NCBI RefSeq assembly: GCF_009914755.1
Contig: NC_060931.1
From: the human T2T-CHM13v2.0 reference genome, Homo sapiens
Direction: 5' to 3' (one strand)
DNA length: 64,000 bases
Made by a program: the position numbers and the translations under genes. Below are positions 1 to 17,478 of the stretch, piece by piece (the first letter of the stretch is position 1; every line of letters begins with the position of its first letter). Under the pieces are notes generated by a model. That model saw nothing but the letters and a program-made list of their open reading frames with translations. It did not search any database and was not told where the DNA came from.

Positions 1-167
1 ACCCTGAAGAAGTAATTCATCATGAAGGTTATACCTTCAAATCAGAAAAACAAATAAATGAAAATGTGTAACCTTTATATATCAGTTTCTATAACAAAAT
101 GATAAAGTCATGTTTTCTTCCTAGTCATGTCTCAGTAGATAGCCAAAGGGGTTGTTGATCTTTTCTA

Positions 168-1099
168 TTTATTTGTTTGTTTACCTTTCTATTATTTTTT
201 TTCTTTTCAGCCTCCACAACAAGAAGTTTAAATATTAAACAAAAACCCACCAGCACTACCACCACCTCAACAACAGTGTAGTCTTTGGGGACACTTTTAG
301 CTTCGCCCATGTCAATTATGGGATTCATTCTGTATCCAGTCATCGAAGTGAACAAACTTCCTTTAACCAAGTCAAAGACACTCAAATGTACAATTTGTGC
401 CAAGATCATAGAGACTCATAATTTTCAGGTGTGACAACACTCCCAAGAATTTTAAGATTTTCCTATGTGTCATTGCAACAGGAGAATTGAAAAAGCAAGA
501 GTACAAGGGGAGTTGGAATAATTCAGGTTAATATTTACTGAGAAAAAGTCATATATCGAAGGGAAAATGGGAGTAAGTAAGTCTGACTGCCATAGTCAGA
601 CTTACTATGTGCATGGAGTAGAGGGGAACTTCATAATGCATATGTTTTCTGGCCTGTGAACTGGAGTCCCTGGGTGAGTACTGGAGTTCTAAAGACACGT
701 GAGCTAACCCTGCTCCCCTGTGTCTTCTGAACAAGACATGGCAAGGCAGCGATACACACATGTGCTTCCAGGCAACACATGTTTTAGGGTAAGTACTTTT
801 GGGGTCACACACTGTTATTTAATATCTGACAATTGACATAACTGATTTATCCATTTTAGTGAGAAGGATTTTTATGGTAAATGAGGTTTTCAAGTATTCC
901 AAGACTGATTTGATAGTGTATTCTCAAAAAAAAGCCCTACACATCATATCACTCCCAGTTAAACAGTGCTTTGATGCTTCATGATGTCCACATTTAGGGT
1001 CAGCATTCATTGTTCAGCTAAGAACACTGGGTCCTCGGAATATGGCAAGCGGTTGAAATAATGGCCTCAGTTTCTATGGCATGGGTGCAAATCGGTCTG
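168..1099 (-). other. PON1 3'UTR with candidate poly(A) signals
   Basis: Follows the TAA. ATTAAA at 818-823 and AATAAA at 168-173 on the minus strand. The true transcript end cannot be determined from sequence. Confidence 0.6.
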
Positions 1100-1297
<198 letters not shown>

Positions 1298-1583
1298 TCA
1301 CTTAAAACAACCTTATGCATAATAGGGTCATCCTCCATAAGAAGCCATATAATCTTATACAATGAGATAAATCCTATTTTGTTCCAAAATTACACTTAAC
1401 ACACCTGTTTCTTCATTTGGGAACAGGTGGGTACTGATCTCAAGTGATCTTTAGCAGAGGTGGAGAGTATCTAGACCTACAGGGATGAGGCAGGAAATGC
1501 AAATGAGCAGCGCATCCTGGATGTGGGACATTAGGGAGCAGTGGGGATTTCAGTAAATGTGGAGGGAGGAAGCTGTTACTCAG

Positions 1584-2019
1584 TATGATAGTTAATACTG
1601 AGAGTCAACTTGATTGGATTGAAGGATGCAAAGTATTGATCCTGGGTGTCTGTGAGCGTGTTGCCAAAGGAGATTAACATTTGAGTCAGTGGGCTGCAAA
1701 AGGCAGACCCACCCTTAATCTGGGTGGGCACAATCTAATCAGCTGCCAGCGAATATAAAGCAGGCAGAAAAACATGAAGAGGAGAGACTGGCCTACCCTC
1801 CCAGCCTACATCTTTCTCCCATGCTGATGCTTCCTGCCCTCAAACATCAGACTCCAAATTCTTCAGTTTTGAGACTCAGACTGGCTCTCCTTGCTCCTCA
1901 GGCTTGCAGACCGCCTACTGTGGGATCTTGTGATCAGGTAAGTTAATACTTAATAAACCCCCTTTACATATATATATATCCTATTAGTTCTGTCCCTCTA
2001 GGGAACCTTGACTAATACA
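1584..2019 (+). mobile_element. MLT2A-type (ERVL) solo LTR in PON1 intron 8
   Basis: TATGATAGTTAATACTGAGAGTCAACTTGATTGGATTGAAGGATGCAAAG...CCTTGACTAATACA with a 5-bp TSD CTCAG at 1579-1583 and 2020-2024. Confidence 0.88.
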
Positions 2020-3961
2020 CTCAGCAATAGCCAAACTGTTGCCATGCAGTAATTAAGGTCCGTTTTCATGTATTTTCAGGTAAGCCAGGGAACTAACTGG
2101 ATGTTTACACTTAATTCCTGGTTTTTAAAATGCAGACAAGAAAAAAAATGTGGCCCTCAAAAAACCATATCTGTGTACCATACTCATGTGTTCTGAACTT
2201 AACCTCCTGTCTCTAAATGTATAAGATTTTGTAAGTTCAGTTTCCTTCACTTAATTGAGGAGAAATGTGATTGTATCAATAATAACAGTGTAGTATCATG
2301 TTAAGCCAACCATATGAAATAGCCAATATCTGATCATTCTGACTGTAAAAAATAGCAATAGCGTGTGATTCAACTTAGTATGAAAAGCACTACACTGAGG
2401 TGGGAGACCTGGGTCATGTCTTGGATCTTCCACTCACATTTGTTTCTCATCTGTAGAATGAAATGGGTGGGACTAGATTATCTCTAAATTCCCCTTCAGC
2501 TCTAGCTTTCTATTATTAAGCCTTTATGATAATATATAATGACTTGAAGAAAGGATATCTACATCACAAATGTGGCAGACGGTGAAGGCCACTGCGTGGA
2601 TATAAAAGGGTCTGTGGGAACGTTCAAAATGACCTCTTAAAAACAGCTGGCACCAAAGACAGATGTCTTAGGAAGTTGCCATAGCATTAACATGTAGTAG
2701 TTACAGGGAAATAGTTGATGGTACACCTTGGCTTAGCTAAGCTTCTTGTTAATAAAACTAAATCACTCATCTAGGGGCAGTGCATTGGATAAGGAATTGT
2801 TACTACTTTTTGCTACTCCTTTGCAGATCAATCATTAGAAATGAAGTATTTTCTCCAGAACAACAAACCAAGTCCATGCTATAGCAAATGACCCAAGGTT
2901 ACTAAATGAGCTAACAAGCAAGAACAAATTAGAATCTAACATTCTGCTCAGTTCTGAGCACTGAACACTCCACAGCATACATTTCTTCAATTCTATTAAA
3001 CATACCATTCAGCAACCCTAATAGCTAAAAACTAGCAAAAGGCACAAAGGGTTGCCATTAAACATGATCACAATTGTCCTGCAAACCTAGAGATAAAAGG
3101 TAAGAGAGCCATAATGTAAATGGAAATACACATTTGTTTCTTTTTTTTTTAACCCAAGAGATACGGGCTTTAACACTTTTTTTTTTCCTGTTGGGCAGGT
3201 GAAATGGACTCTTAAAACTGAGCTTTAACAATACACAGCAGTAGACAAATATGTCAAGATGATATCATATATATGATGTAAGTAATAAGTATCCTTAGTA
3301 GATACTGAAAACTCAGTAAATGTGCAAATACCTATATTGAAGTAGGTTGCAAATTCTTACTTGTACCCAAAATAGTTCACTGAATAAAGACCGTGGACAA
3401 AAAATGGGACCTTTGAGTACTGTAACTAAGGTGGAAGATGAGATCTTCTAAGCCAGAATAATTCCAGCTATTTATCTTGCCACCTGCAGGAAGATCTAGA
3501 GAGGCTGGCCAGTGTGCTCCAGGACTGGTCCATTGCATGGACCTGTGCGTATACCGCCACACAGGAAGGGGGAGTTGAATAGGAAGGCAGGTAATGAATG
3601 ATTAAACCATAGCAGTATGGCATCATTATGTTCTTTGAGGATCCCTTAACCAGAGGCCAAGTTCCTGTCAGGCAACCCTCTCCACCCACCACCGTCTACC
3701 TGTTCTGGCTTCTGGTATTCATTTCCTCCCTCCCTTGCTAGCCCTGGGGTACTGCATTATAACTCTGTTGATTACCCTACACTGTGTCCACACATTTTGT
3801 GTATAGTCCGTTGATTAAACTCCCCTCAAATTATCCAATTTAAGTGTGCCATGTGTTTCTTGCCTAGACTCTGACTAAAGCACCTCCAAAAGCCTTCATT
3901 TCTGATCATTTGGATCATCTATCCATGTCCCCCCTTTTATTTGCACATAGAATTGAGAATT

Positions 3962-4300
<339 letters not shown>

Positions 4301-4334
4301 TCAACTGAAAAAACAGTAGCTGGGAATAAAGTCA

Positions 4335-4499
<165 letters not shown>

Positions 4500-6119
4500 T
4501 TAAAAACAAGAAAAGAACAAGACATAAAGTAAAACACAATTGTGATGGAGCAAAATATATCAGAGAAAAGTTGCCTCTTGTCCTTGGTCACCACGCTGCT
4601 GCTTCCAAGGATACAATTCTGCCCCATTTCAATAAGACTCACAAAATTTCTCTGACCTTTCATCTATGCTAGTATTTTGTCAGTTTCCAGGGCAGAATTG
4701 GGTAGGGTGAAGATACAGAAAGCCAAGAAAGACTGTTAAAAGTTAGACAAAATCATTTGTACCAACATCTGTGCATGAACCTAAAACTGAAAAAAAAAAG
4801 AAGTTTTCGGTGCATCATAAAACATCTCCTTCTAAAATGGCATGTGGTAATGATATTTTTATAAGCATTCAGAAAACAACCAGGAAATGTAGATTCTTTC
4901 TCAGAAGAATATCAATGAAATGTGGACTCTTTAATGGCTAATCATAGGCTGTGCAGCCAGAGAAGAAATGATCACCCAGGGTCTCATTTTTGCCTTGTAG
5001 TTGAGGAAAAGTTTGTTCTTTAGTTTCCTGATGTTGTTCAACTCCCCGTTCTTCTGCTGTTTATTCTCTAAATATAAGTTGCAAGCATTTGATGACTGCA
5101 CAGATTGCTGTCGAGGCTTTGTACAAGGATCATAAATAATACCAATGATTCTTAATTCCACCATTCATCATCTTGGCTGCCTTCTACTGGGGAGAAATCC
5201 CATCTATTTGTTTACCTCTAATTCTCAGTTGGAGAAATAATATCTACCATGTACCTCAGAGGCCAGCATACCTCAGTGCCCAGAGAACCTGTAAATAACT
5301 GGTCATGACTCATTGAAAAAGCCAGGGCATAAGCAGACAGCTGCAGAAAACCAACGTTTCCCTGTGCCTCCTACTCAAAATGAGAGCTGTTCCTCACATG
5401 CCCAAGGAGGGATTAGAGGGCTCAAGCATCATGGCAGAGCCTCAGTCTCGCCACCATGCAGAGCCATCAGTCTTTCTTACCCCAGAGACAGGCAAGACAG
5501 GCGGCTCCATGCTTGCTTTCTCCATCCCTAAACCCCTGTCCATCCCAGTGTCAGCACACCACTCTGATACCATAATGTCTTTGAATGAGGAAAATGTTTG
5601 TTTCAGGGCTTTGCTCTTATCTTTGGAAGCAGTACAGCCAATTGGTGAATTCCACGGCAGATGAAACCTGAGATGAGAGTGGGAGTGGGAGAAGGACACA
5701 GAAACCTGGGGTCCCATTCATTCAAGACACAATTACTGAGCTCCTACATGAGCTCTGCAAGGAACGCAACACCTGGAGAGCACCAGGTACCCAGCAGACA
5801 CAGCTCATGCCATGGAAGTGCTGACAGTCTAGCAGGGAGCCTGTTCTGAGTCCAGCAATGAACTCTTTGCCTTGCAAATAAATAATTCCTCTCCATGCTA
5901 ACTCATGCAAGACCCCTGCGTATCACATCTCACACTCCCACAAAGGCAACTCGAAAAATTCGCATTCCTTGGTCAAGAAAACATAATAAATTATTCTCTT
6001 TGGGAAAAACAGAGTATTCTCTGTTAACAAATATTCCAGGTTTTTGCGCATTGAGGTTCATTGAAGTGTGACTAATTCATTGACTAAGTCCTGGAATCTT
6101 TTTTTGGAGAGAGGAGAGA

Positions 6120-6845
<726 letters not shown>

Positions 6846-8402
6846 CACCTCATCACAAATTTAAGAATAGCCTCAGCTAGTTTATCAAATTACTTGGCAC
6901 TCTCGGGCATTAATTAACTGATATTAATTAATACGGTCTTTCAAAAGAAAGAATAATGTGACAATTGATGGAGAACCTTTTTGGGGTTTTCATGATGGGA
7001 GACAGGCCTGGTCTGTTGCTGAAACTGGCCTTGCCCTCAGTCTCACCCTGGTGAGAGCAGAGCCTTGACATTCTGTGGTGAATGTCTGTTACATTGGGTT
7101 CTATTCTCATAAAATTCTTTAACTTTTGTTTTACAGAAATACCTGTTGTTAAAACCGCAGCTTGTTTTTTATTCCCTTAGCCAGTATGAGCGTGTGAAAT
7201 TCCATTTTACTTGAGCTAATACCAAACTAGCCCTGCCAGTGATTTTTAATGTCAAACACGATGTTACATTTGATGTTGCTTTAAGGTAATTTTCTCTGAG
7301 TGAGGCCCCTCATGACAGTCTCTCAGATGTGCTGACAGGAACAGTCATACAATTGGCGCTGACAGTGCTTCCTGCAGTGGGCGTTTATGGCAGGAAAGCA
7401 ACGTCTTGCTGTTTTTCGGAGGTAGAGGGCTGCTTTCTTAGGGCTCTAGTTTGCTCTTGGTCTCTTTTTCCTCTCCTTTGTGTTTTCACCCATTTTGACT
7501 CCAACCTTCAGATGACCAGAATTGGTGGGGGCAGCAGGTGAATCCCTGAAGCATGCCCAGCCCCACCGCAGTAATTTAACAAGTATTTGTTAAGTGCCAA
7601 CTAGTCAATGTGAATTGTACCAGAAGCAAATAGAAAAACAGCCTGTCCTTGTGGAGCTTACACCCTAGTTGGGGAATCAGGTAATAAAGGGTATGAATAA
7701 AATATATAGTATGTTAGCAATACGTGCTGAATGGAAAAATAAAGCAGGAAAGGCGAGGGAAAATACGTAGCGGGAGGGAGCAGTTCCAGGTTTTGAAGAT
7801 CGAGGTGACGTTTTAGTAAAAATGAAAGGAGATGAAGGAGGGGGTCATGGAGATCTGGAGGAAGGTTTCTCCTCCTAGCAGAGGGAATGGTGCCCCGTTC
7901 TGAGACAGTGGCAGGAGACGTGGGGCAGGGACACAATGGTTGGAGGTAAAGGCAGAGAGGTGAGGGGCAGCCAGGTCACCTAGCAGCCATCGTGAGCACG
8001 TGGACTTCATAAACATTGTGGAGAGCAGCCCTGCATAAAGTACAATTTGAGGCTATTTCTTGGCTGTTCCATCAACATAGAGGAAAAAAGAGAAAGAAAA
8101 GGGAGGAGAGGGAAGGAAGGTGGAGGAGAGGGAGATCAGAAGAAAGGCAGGAAGGGAGGGATGGAAGGAGGATCTGGGAACACAATGCCAAGCTTAAAAT
8201 TTGCTAGAGCAGAAAGAATGCAAGGTTCACGGGTAAGAGGTGGGGTTTGCTGTTTGCCACTCTGCAGTTGAGTAAAAATGAACAACAAACACATAACCAA
8301 GCTAATGACTCTTAATAAAGGAGTGAAAAATTGGTTCTCACCCACCCCAATTAAGCAGTCCTTTTTTCTTCACATTTAATTTCACAAATCAATTAGAATC
8401 TA

Positions 8403-8525
<123 letters not shown>

Positions 8526-9149
8526 TCAAAGAAGAAAGAGCTACATCAAAGTACTAGAAGTAACACAACTTGAGAGATTAAGATGAAGTTGTAATACCTA
8601 TTCATAGGGAAGAACTTTGCTTAAGGAATGGAAAATGGAACCCACCTCAAACACACCAAATTCTGAAAGAACTCAGTGAGTTTACAGTGACAGAGGGGTT
8701 TAATCTCTGAAAAGTTGTTTCTGAAGGAGGGGACATAGTTGTCCTTATCAGTATGGGAGGAACTTAGCCCTAACACTAACTTTTAGTATCTGGGAGTAAA
8801 ATGCATTACAGCGTTTCTCTTTTGGTTTGACAATTTAGTGTCAAGGCCCAGGTTCTGCATTTCAGGGGCTAGTGAGTTCTCTCTCGGGAAAGTTGCAGGA
8901 AAGCCCTTGGACAACAGCCCCTTGTTTTAATCCAGAGAAAATATGAGAGAAGAAAAGCTGCTTGGCTTGGATCAAGAGAAGTCTTCCTCCTCTTCTGCCC
9001 TGAGTGTGGTCCTGACCCTGTGGCTTTAGTCATACCCCACAAAGATCTGGGGTTAGTCTAAGCACTGTGCATCCCCCCAACAAAAAAAAGAAATTACTGC
9101 TCAATTATCTTCTATTTTTTGAAAACTGGTCTATGATATGAATAATTAA

Positions 9150-9509
<360 letters not shown>

Positions 9510-10091
9510 CCTGTTGCTTTCTCTAAGCATATGTTACGGACTCTAAAATCCTTGATGATGACACAAGATGAGAAAGGGCATATATGTGGATGGATATAGA
9601 TATTTCATGTATATACCAATGCTACCCAAAATGCAGTCTCCAGACCAATGTTGGTTTGCAAATTGTTTGTTATAGCTCACCATGAGATAACATTATAAAT
9701 CAAATACATCACTAAGCACACTGCTTAGTTAAACTGACTTGTTTTTCACAGTAATACTTTCTTGATGAAGGAAGTATTGCCTTGATTTACATTTTGGTAC
9801 AAATTCCTCATCTTGTCATAAACCTGCACTACTGACGTATCTATACCTGCATACTATTCAACTCATTATACACTCACATCTTTACTCAAAACAAAGCTAT
9901 TCAGACATATCAAATCTTCATCACAGTTCCCCCTCTTAAAATGTACTTTCTTTCCAAAAAGGAAATAAAACCAGTATGCCTTCACAATGAAATTTTTGAT
10001 TTGATAAATTTCACCCCCTGAAAAATTAAGACATTTTACATTTTTCCTAATTTTATCTCACTAGGGTAACATGTTAAAATGTATCATATTA

Positions 10092-10442
<351 letters not shown>

Positions 10443-10630
10443 TCACTGTCTATTCCTAAAATCAAGATGTGGGATGGAGCCTTCGTGCTAGCTATAATGG
10501 AACACAATTAATATGAAATTAGTCCTGCCGATACAATCCTTAGACAATCATTGGTCTAAGAAATCTGAGGAGGTGATTATAGCACTGTAACATAAAAATC
10601 CTATTATATGTATCTTAAAATAGTGTTACG

Positions 10631-10633
<3 letters not shown>

Positions 10634-10670
<37 letters not shown>

Positions 10671-10688
10671 CTGTGTGTGTCTGTGTGT
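10634..10688. repeat. (GT)n microsatellite, PON1 intron 5
   Basis: Pure GT run of ~17 units followed by degenerate units. Confidence 0.95.
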
Positions 10689-13603
10689 AAATACACTAAA
10701 TTCAGTAGAAATTAAATTAAGCCAGAAATCATTGTCAGGGCAAAAATGTGCTCACATATCTGGGCTCACATAGAACTAACTCCCATAAGAAATTGAAAAA
10801 ATGCTGAACCAGCAGCCTGGATACTTGCATTTTAGTTTAAGCTCTGCTACTATTAGCTGTGTGATCTAAGAAAAATCAATCTTTTCACATGTCAGGACCT
10901 CAGTTTTCTTATCTGTGAAAGCAGGATGATAGACTGGTTGATCTTCCAGCCTTAAGATTTCGTGATTCTAAACTGAATGAAATGTCCATGAACAAGAATG
11001 CTCAGAAATAGAATGCTATGGCTTTTTTTTTTTCCTTTCTGATTAGGATTCTCTGTTACTGAAAATGTAAGATATATGAGTCTATTTTTCTGCTTTAATG
11101 GATACAATAGGGAACACATAAGTGAGTCATTCTTTGCTGATTGAGGTGATGGAAGTTCCCCAGGGCATGATCTGGGAGAAAATTATCTCTGCTCTATTGC
11201 AGAGGCGTCATGGCCAGCGCATCAGCTCTGACGCAGCTCTGAGCTCTCAGGCAAGTTAGACAGGCATGCAGAGCCTCAGTTTTCTCATCTGTAAAGAGAG
11301 GTTAAATGATATTCTCAAAATCATACAGCTCATTAGTAGAAAACTAAGGGTCAGGATCTTAATTTGTGGAGTTGCAGTGGGAATTACAATGAGACAATGC
11401 CTGTTGTGTGCTTTGCAGGGAGCATGACATTCAATAAACCCTCAATCAATGCTAGCCACTATTACAACATGAAAAAAAAAAAAAGGTCTCGGAATTTAGG
11501 ATTAGTCTGGATGGGCTCCAGACATAAATCTACAATCTGATTTTACTCTCTCTTTTTTAAAAGTAAATTTCTTAAATTAGTATGCTGGACTATCATTTGT
11601 CTGTTTTTCACAGAAAGGGGCAGAGTGGAATGGTTTAGAGCAATAGCTTTTTATTGCTGAAAATTTACTACCCCCAGGTGTAGTAAAATAAGTAAATAAA
11701 TAACAAATTTTTAAAGGGTAATAGAGTAATAGCTTTGAAATCTGATGGACTTCATTTGCATCCTGACACTGCTTGCTATCCTTATAATGTGGGGCCACAG
11801 CATTGTCACTAAATTTTGAGCCACTATTCTGAACCTCTGTTTTCTCTGTATACCTTGAAAGGCTAGAGTAAGAATACAATGAAATAATGAATGCAAAGGC
11901 CTTCACACCATGCCTGGCATACAGTAAATGACCAATAATAACAGTTGTGATATATGAATAATAACAAGTTTAAATTATAATAGATTTAGTTATTGGAATA
12001 TTAATGTTATAAAAAACCATAAAATACAAAGAAGAAAATACACACAGCTAATCCTTGGATTGAGAGAGCAGAACTCTAGTTAATTACGGCACCGTGGTTA
12101 TTTTCAGTCTCCAATGCTGCCTAAGACCAATATTTTTGCAACTGGCTCAAGAAAAAAATACTCCAATCCGGTAACGTAGACCAATCTGAGATTTCCAAGA
12201 TTAAATGTTAAAACACATAATTTTTTTCACTATTTTGTAGAGGTTTAAAGCACCAGCTCTGAACTCATGTTACCAGGATTAGAATCACAGCTGCACCATT
12301 TACTGATGATGTCATCTGGGGAAACTTAACAATTAGTCCAGGCCTCAACTTTTTAAAAATCCAAAATGGATATAATAATAACACCTAATTCAGAAGGTAT
12401 TTGTAAAACATCAATAAAATAATCTGTTTGAATTAGTTAGTGTAGCACCTGACTTACAGAGAAAGCTCATTTATTAGTGTTATCATTTGCCCAGCTTCTC
12501 CATTCTACATACTGTTCTCTACTTTAAATCTTGGTGTTCCTCACATTCTCCACTCAGTGACCTTATTCTCTCTCCAAAATATATTTGTTAAATAAATGCA
12601 CGAATAAACTCTTCCACCAAAAGCTGTTCTCTGAACTTTTATTCATCTTGATGGGGCAGAAGATGACCTGAGCTGGGGTTCCTACTTGGCCACTAGTGAG
12701 TTGATTGGCCTTCATCCAGTAACTCAATTTCTCTCCAATCTCATTTTCCTCATCCTCAAACCACCAGATAAGAAAGAAGAGGAAGGGGTCCTGGTAACAC
12801 AGAGTGCACACTACATACCAGGCCCTTAGCTAGGTACCTGCAAAGAGTACAAATCTAGATTTACAGATATGGAGGTAGTCAAATGCTGTACATAAATTAT
12901 ATAAAAATAGGTTGGGATTCTAGAAAATCGTAATCAGTTGGAGGTAAATGTTTCAGAAGATAGAGTCGGATTGTTCTCCTAAATCCATCACTGGCCTTAC
13001 AAGCCAAATCTTCACAGGGCATGTGAGGAAGTTGACTGAGATTGGAGATTCTTGAGTGTTTTATTTCACCATATGTTACATGAACAAGGTGCCTAGGGGG
13101 AATTGAGTGTTACCACAGATCTGCTATTGCATAAATTTTGTGCAATCAAACAGCAGCGGAGGCAGTATAAGGAGGTCTTAGATGCACTTGATTCAGGGTC
13201 TCCTCTTGGGTCTGTGTTTCTAATTCATGGAAACATCTAAGAGTCTACTTTTTAATATAAATAAATAAGCTCATGATGTCAAATTTATCTATGAAGCCGG
13301 TTTGGGTTTGAAATACTAAGTCTGGTTCTGAAGAAGAGGATTTTTTTCCTGGTAATAACTTGAATGGAGATCCTGAGGCCAGGAGCCAGCATCCAATCAG
13401 CTCGAGAAACAAGAGAGGAAAAGAATGGGCCGTCTCTGAGGGGCTTGAGTCCTCAGAAGGTTCTTCAGAAGAGCATGTGGAGGAGTTTGTGATCATTAGA
13501 AATGAGAGTTGAACAGCCATACCTACTCTGGCCAAAAGGAAAAACTAAAAGTGGATTAACTATCCGCTACAGCTAAAGGAAAATAGAAATGTGATATATC
13601 TCA

Positions 13604-13765
<162 letters not shown>

Positions 13766-14278
13766 TTAACTAAGCTCTCACTGTCAGCCCTCTCTCCAAA
13801 AACCAATTTCAACCCACCTCCAGCTAGTAGTTAGGATGTCAGGCAGATGGAATATTTTCATCTCTTTGTAGAGAGAAGCATTGGTGATTGCTCCTGTTCC
13901 AAACAAAAGTGGCTCAAGGAAGAACCAGTGACAGTCTCTGAAAACTCAAAACTCCACAGGAGAAAAAAAAATTCTCAAGAATGAGTATCACTGACACTAA
14001 AACTCCAAAGAATCCTTTAAGTTTTCCAGTTCAAATGGTCTCCACGAAATGCACAGTTGCGATGAAAGGGATAAAAACCATGGGAACTCCCAATATGAGA
14101 AGGTGTGATCAGGTGTAATTTACACAGTGTGAGATGATACATTCCATAGAAGAACATCTGAGAAATAGTAGCAAACAAACAGAAGCAGCTTCCTTGGATA
14201 AGTGGGACTTTAAGAACACAAAGGTGACCAGTCTAAGCGGTCAAGAATGTGTGATCAGAGCTGGCAAGTAAAAGTTAG

Positions 14279-14576
<298 letters not shown>

Positions 14577-14846
14577 TGAATTGAGAAGATTTGAACAGAG
14601 AAAGCTGCTAAAATGATTTTCATTACCCCATTCAGCAAACAAGTGTTTAATTTATTTTAGTTGGCGTTAAATGCTACAAAGGAAAAATACAACAGGATAA
14701 AAGAATAGAGAGTAACGAAGTATTATCTTCATGGGAGTCAGGCATGTTCTCTCTGATGAGGGGATGTTAGAGCAAAAACCTAAGTGAAATAAGAGAACGA
14801 ATAATGTGGATATCTAGGGAAAGAGCATTCCAGGTTGAGGGGAGAA

Positions 14847-15043
14847 AGTGTGCAAAGGCCCTGGGGCAGAACTTCCTGGACATATTCACTTAATAGTGAG
14901 GTTGTGCTGGGAGTGTGCAAAGGCCCCGGGGCAGAACTTCCGGGACATATTCACTTAATAGTGAGGTTGTGCTGGGAGTGTGCAAAGGCCCCGGGGCAGA
15001 ACTTCCTGGACATATTCACTTAATTGTGAGGTTGTGCTGGGAG
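14847..15043. repeat. 65-bp x3 tandem repeat, PON1 intron 4
   Basis: Unit AGTGTGCAAAGGCCCYGGGGCAGAACTTCCYGGACATATTCACTTAATWGTGAGGTTGTGCTGGG starts at 14847, 14912 and 14977. Confidence 0.95.
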
Positions 15044-15769
15044 CAGAGTGAAGGCAAGAGAGAGTGGGAGAGTGAGAGGGCTGAAACCACAGGGAGCCAG
15101 AATCAGTCTTGTTAGGGCTTAAGATGAAGATCCAAGCTTTGCTCACTGGGGTATTTGAACCAAGGAGTAACATGAGCTGAGGCTACAGCAGTAATCCAGC
15201 AATGTGGAGAGAAAGGACTGGACCAAGAGGATGCCACTGGCAATAAAAGGCAGGAAAGGTCATGAGAGGCATTTGACAGGAAGAATCCAAAGGCCCTGAA
15301 TACAGCTGAGGAAGGAGGGTGTTGGAAATCAAATTCAAGTGAGGATTAAAACCTGAATTCACATTTTGTGCAGTGGATTCTACTTCTAGAAATGTATCCT
15401 AAGGATATAGTCTCAGAAAATACATGTGCGAGAAAGTTTATTTTGGCATTGTTTGCAATGAGCATAAAGGTGGGAACAACCTAAATATTTGTTAGCAGAT
15501 GAGCTATATTACAGTGCTCCCACACAACTGAATCCCGAACTGCCTTGGCAAAGCAACTGCAAATGTGCTATATATAAAGGAGTCCATGATGTAGTGTTTA
15601 ATGCAGAAGAAATTTATAGAAGGGGTTGTGTAATATTACCTCATTTTTATTTTAAAAAGTATCCACACATCAAACACTATATTTCTTTGTACTTAAAAAT
15701 ATTTTTAAAATAAAACATAATGGTGATGAATGGGTGGATGAGTGGAAAGTCCATTGAAAGGGATATATA

Positions 15770-15775
<6 letters not shown>

Positions 15776-15814
<39 letters not shown>
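15776..15814. repeat. (TG)n microsatellite, PON1 intron 4
   Basis: About 19 uninterrupted TG units. Confidence 0.95.
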
Positions 15815-15815
<1 letters not shown>

Positions 15816-16175
15816 TCACATGGGGAAGAGAAGGAAAGATAAAAGGATGGAAAATCACTTTCAACATTTTGAGTTTAAAGTGTCTATAGGAAAGGAATCC
15901 AAATAGAAGTGTCCAGTAAGCACCTGCGGCATTAAAAGTGAAGGGCTAATGAAAAGAAGAAGAATAATAATACCCCTATTTGGGGATGTCCTCCTAGAAA
16001 GCAGGCAGTGTGACACTGGTTTGAAAGTTCTAAAATAGAGAAAATATAGAGGAAGTAAAAGATCAAACCTCTGGGGTAGTGCTCAGGGAAGTAGCAATGA
16101 GTGACAAAACAATGAATTGGGGAGAAAACCTGTAGTAGGATGAGAACTGGAACAGCTAGGTGCACTGCAGTATCA

Positions 16176-16540
<365 letters not shown>

Positions 16541-17478
16541 AGGAGGTGAAGGAAGGAAGGAAGGGAAGAGGGAAGGAAGGAGAGGGAGGAAGGGAAGAGA
16601 GGAGATTTGTTAGTAGGAACATCACTGATGATTCTCAAGGTAGCAATTTTAGCCACCCACAGTGGGGAAAGTCCAGAAGAGGAACTGAATGAGGGATCGT
16701 CTGATGATGAAATGGAGGTAATGGGTATAAACGTGGTTCTTAACCCTAGCCTGACATTTTTATCAACTGAAAAACTTTTAACAACTACTGTGATCCAGGC
16801 CTCCCTCAGACTAACGGAATTGGAATCTGTCAAGCTGGGGGCTGGGCATCGAGTCTTTTTAAACTCTTCAGGTGCTACCATTGTGCAACTGGGGCTGAAA
16901 ATTAATACAGAGACAAGGAAGTGACAGCAAATGGAAAGGGAGAAAGGGAGTAAAGACATAAAGGATGACACCAAGTTATGTTGAAAGGGACCAACATGCA
17001 GAGGAGCATTTTGAACACAGAACAGAGGAACCAGCGGACAGGAGGCATTGAAGATAATGGGACCGGCAGAAAGCTGACCATGGTGACTTTCTGTCACTGG
17101 ACCTATAGCTTACAGATGCCTTGGGTTAGAAAAATCTGTTCCTGTAAATGCCCGAGTCTTGAAAATCGTTTAAAATGGAAAAGCTATAATGATCAGGGCT
17201 GGATATTATTATTATGGTAATTATAGGGATAATGTGAATGTTAGTATTTTACAAAATTAGATGCTTTACAAATCTTAAATATTTTAGCATTCTCAAGTAT
17301 TTAAGTGGTTTTACTATAAAGTTCAATTAACATAGAGGGTAAGTTTAAAACCCAGAGTAAGAACATTATTCATGACTATGCTTTGTTTGAATGAGAAAAA
17401 ATAATTCATTTATTGGCATGTTTTTCTGTTTTTGTTTTAAGTTTGGTTTTGGTTTTAATAAATAGTAAATATTGTTAC

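Noticed and set aside
7560-8030. Several ancient L2/MIR/MER5/LTR16-like fragments here and at ~3560-3880, 11200-11460, 16740-16905, 31780-31900 and 63550-63860
   Set aside because: Recognisable only loosely. Family and boundaries cannot be supported without RepeatMasker.
14847-15043. CRISPR-like array
   Set aside because: Head-to-tail units with no spacers, in a human intron. It is a simple tandem repeat.
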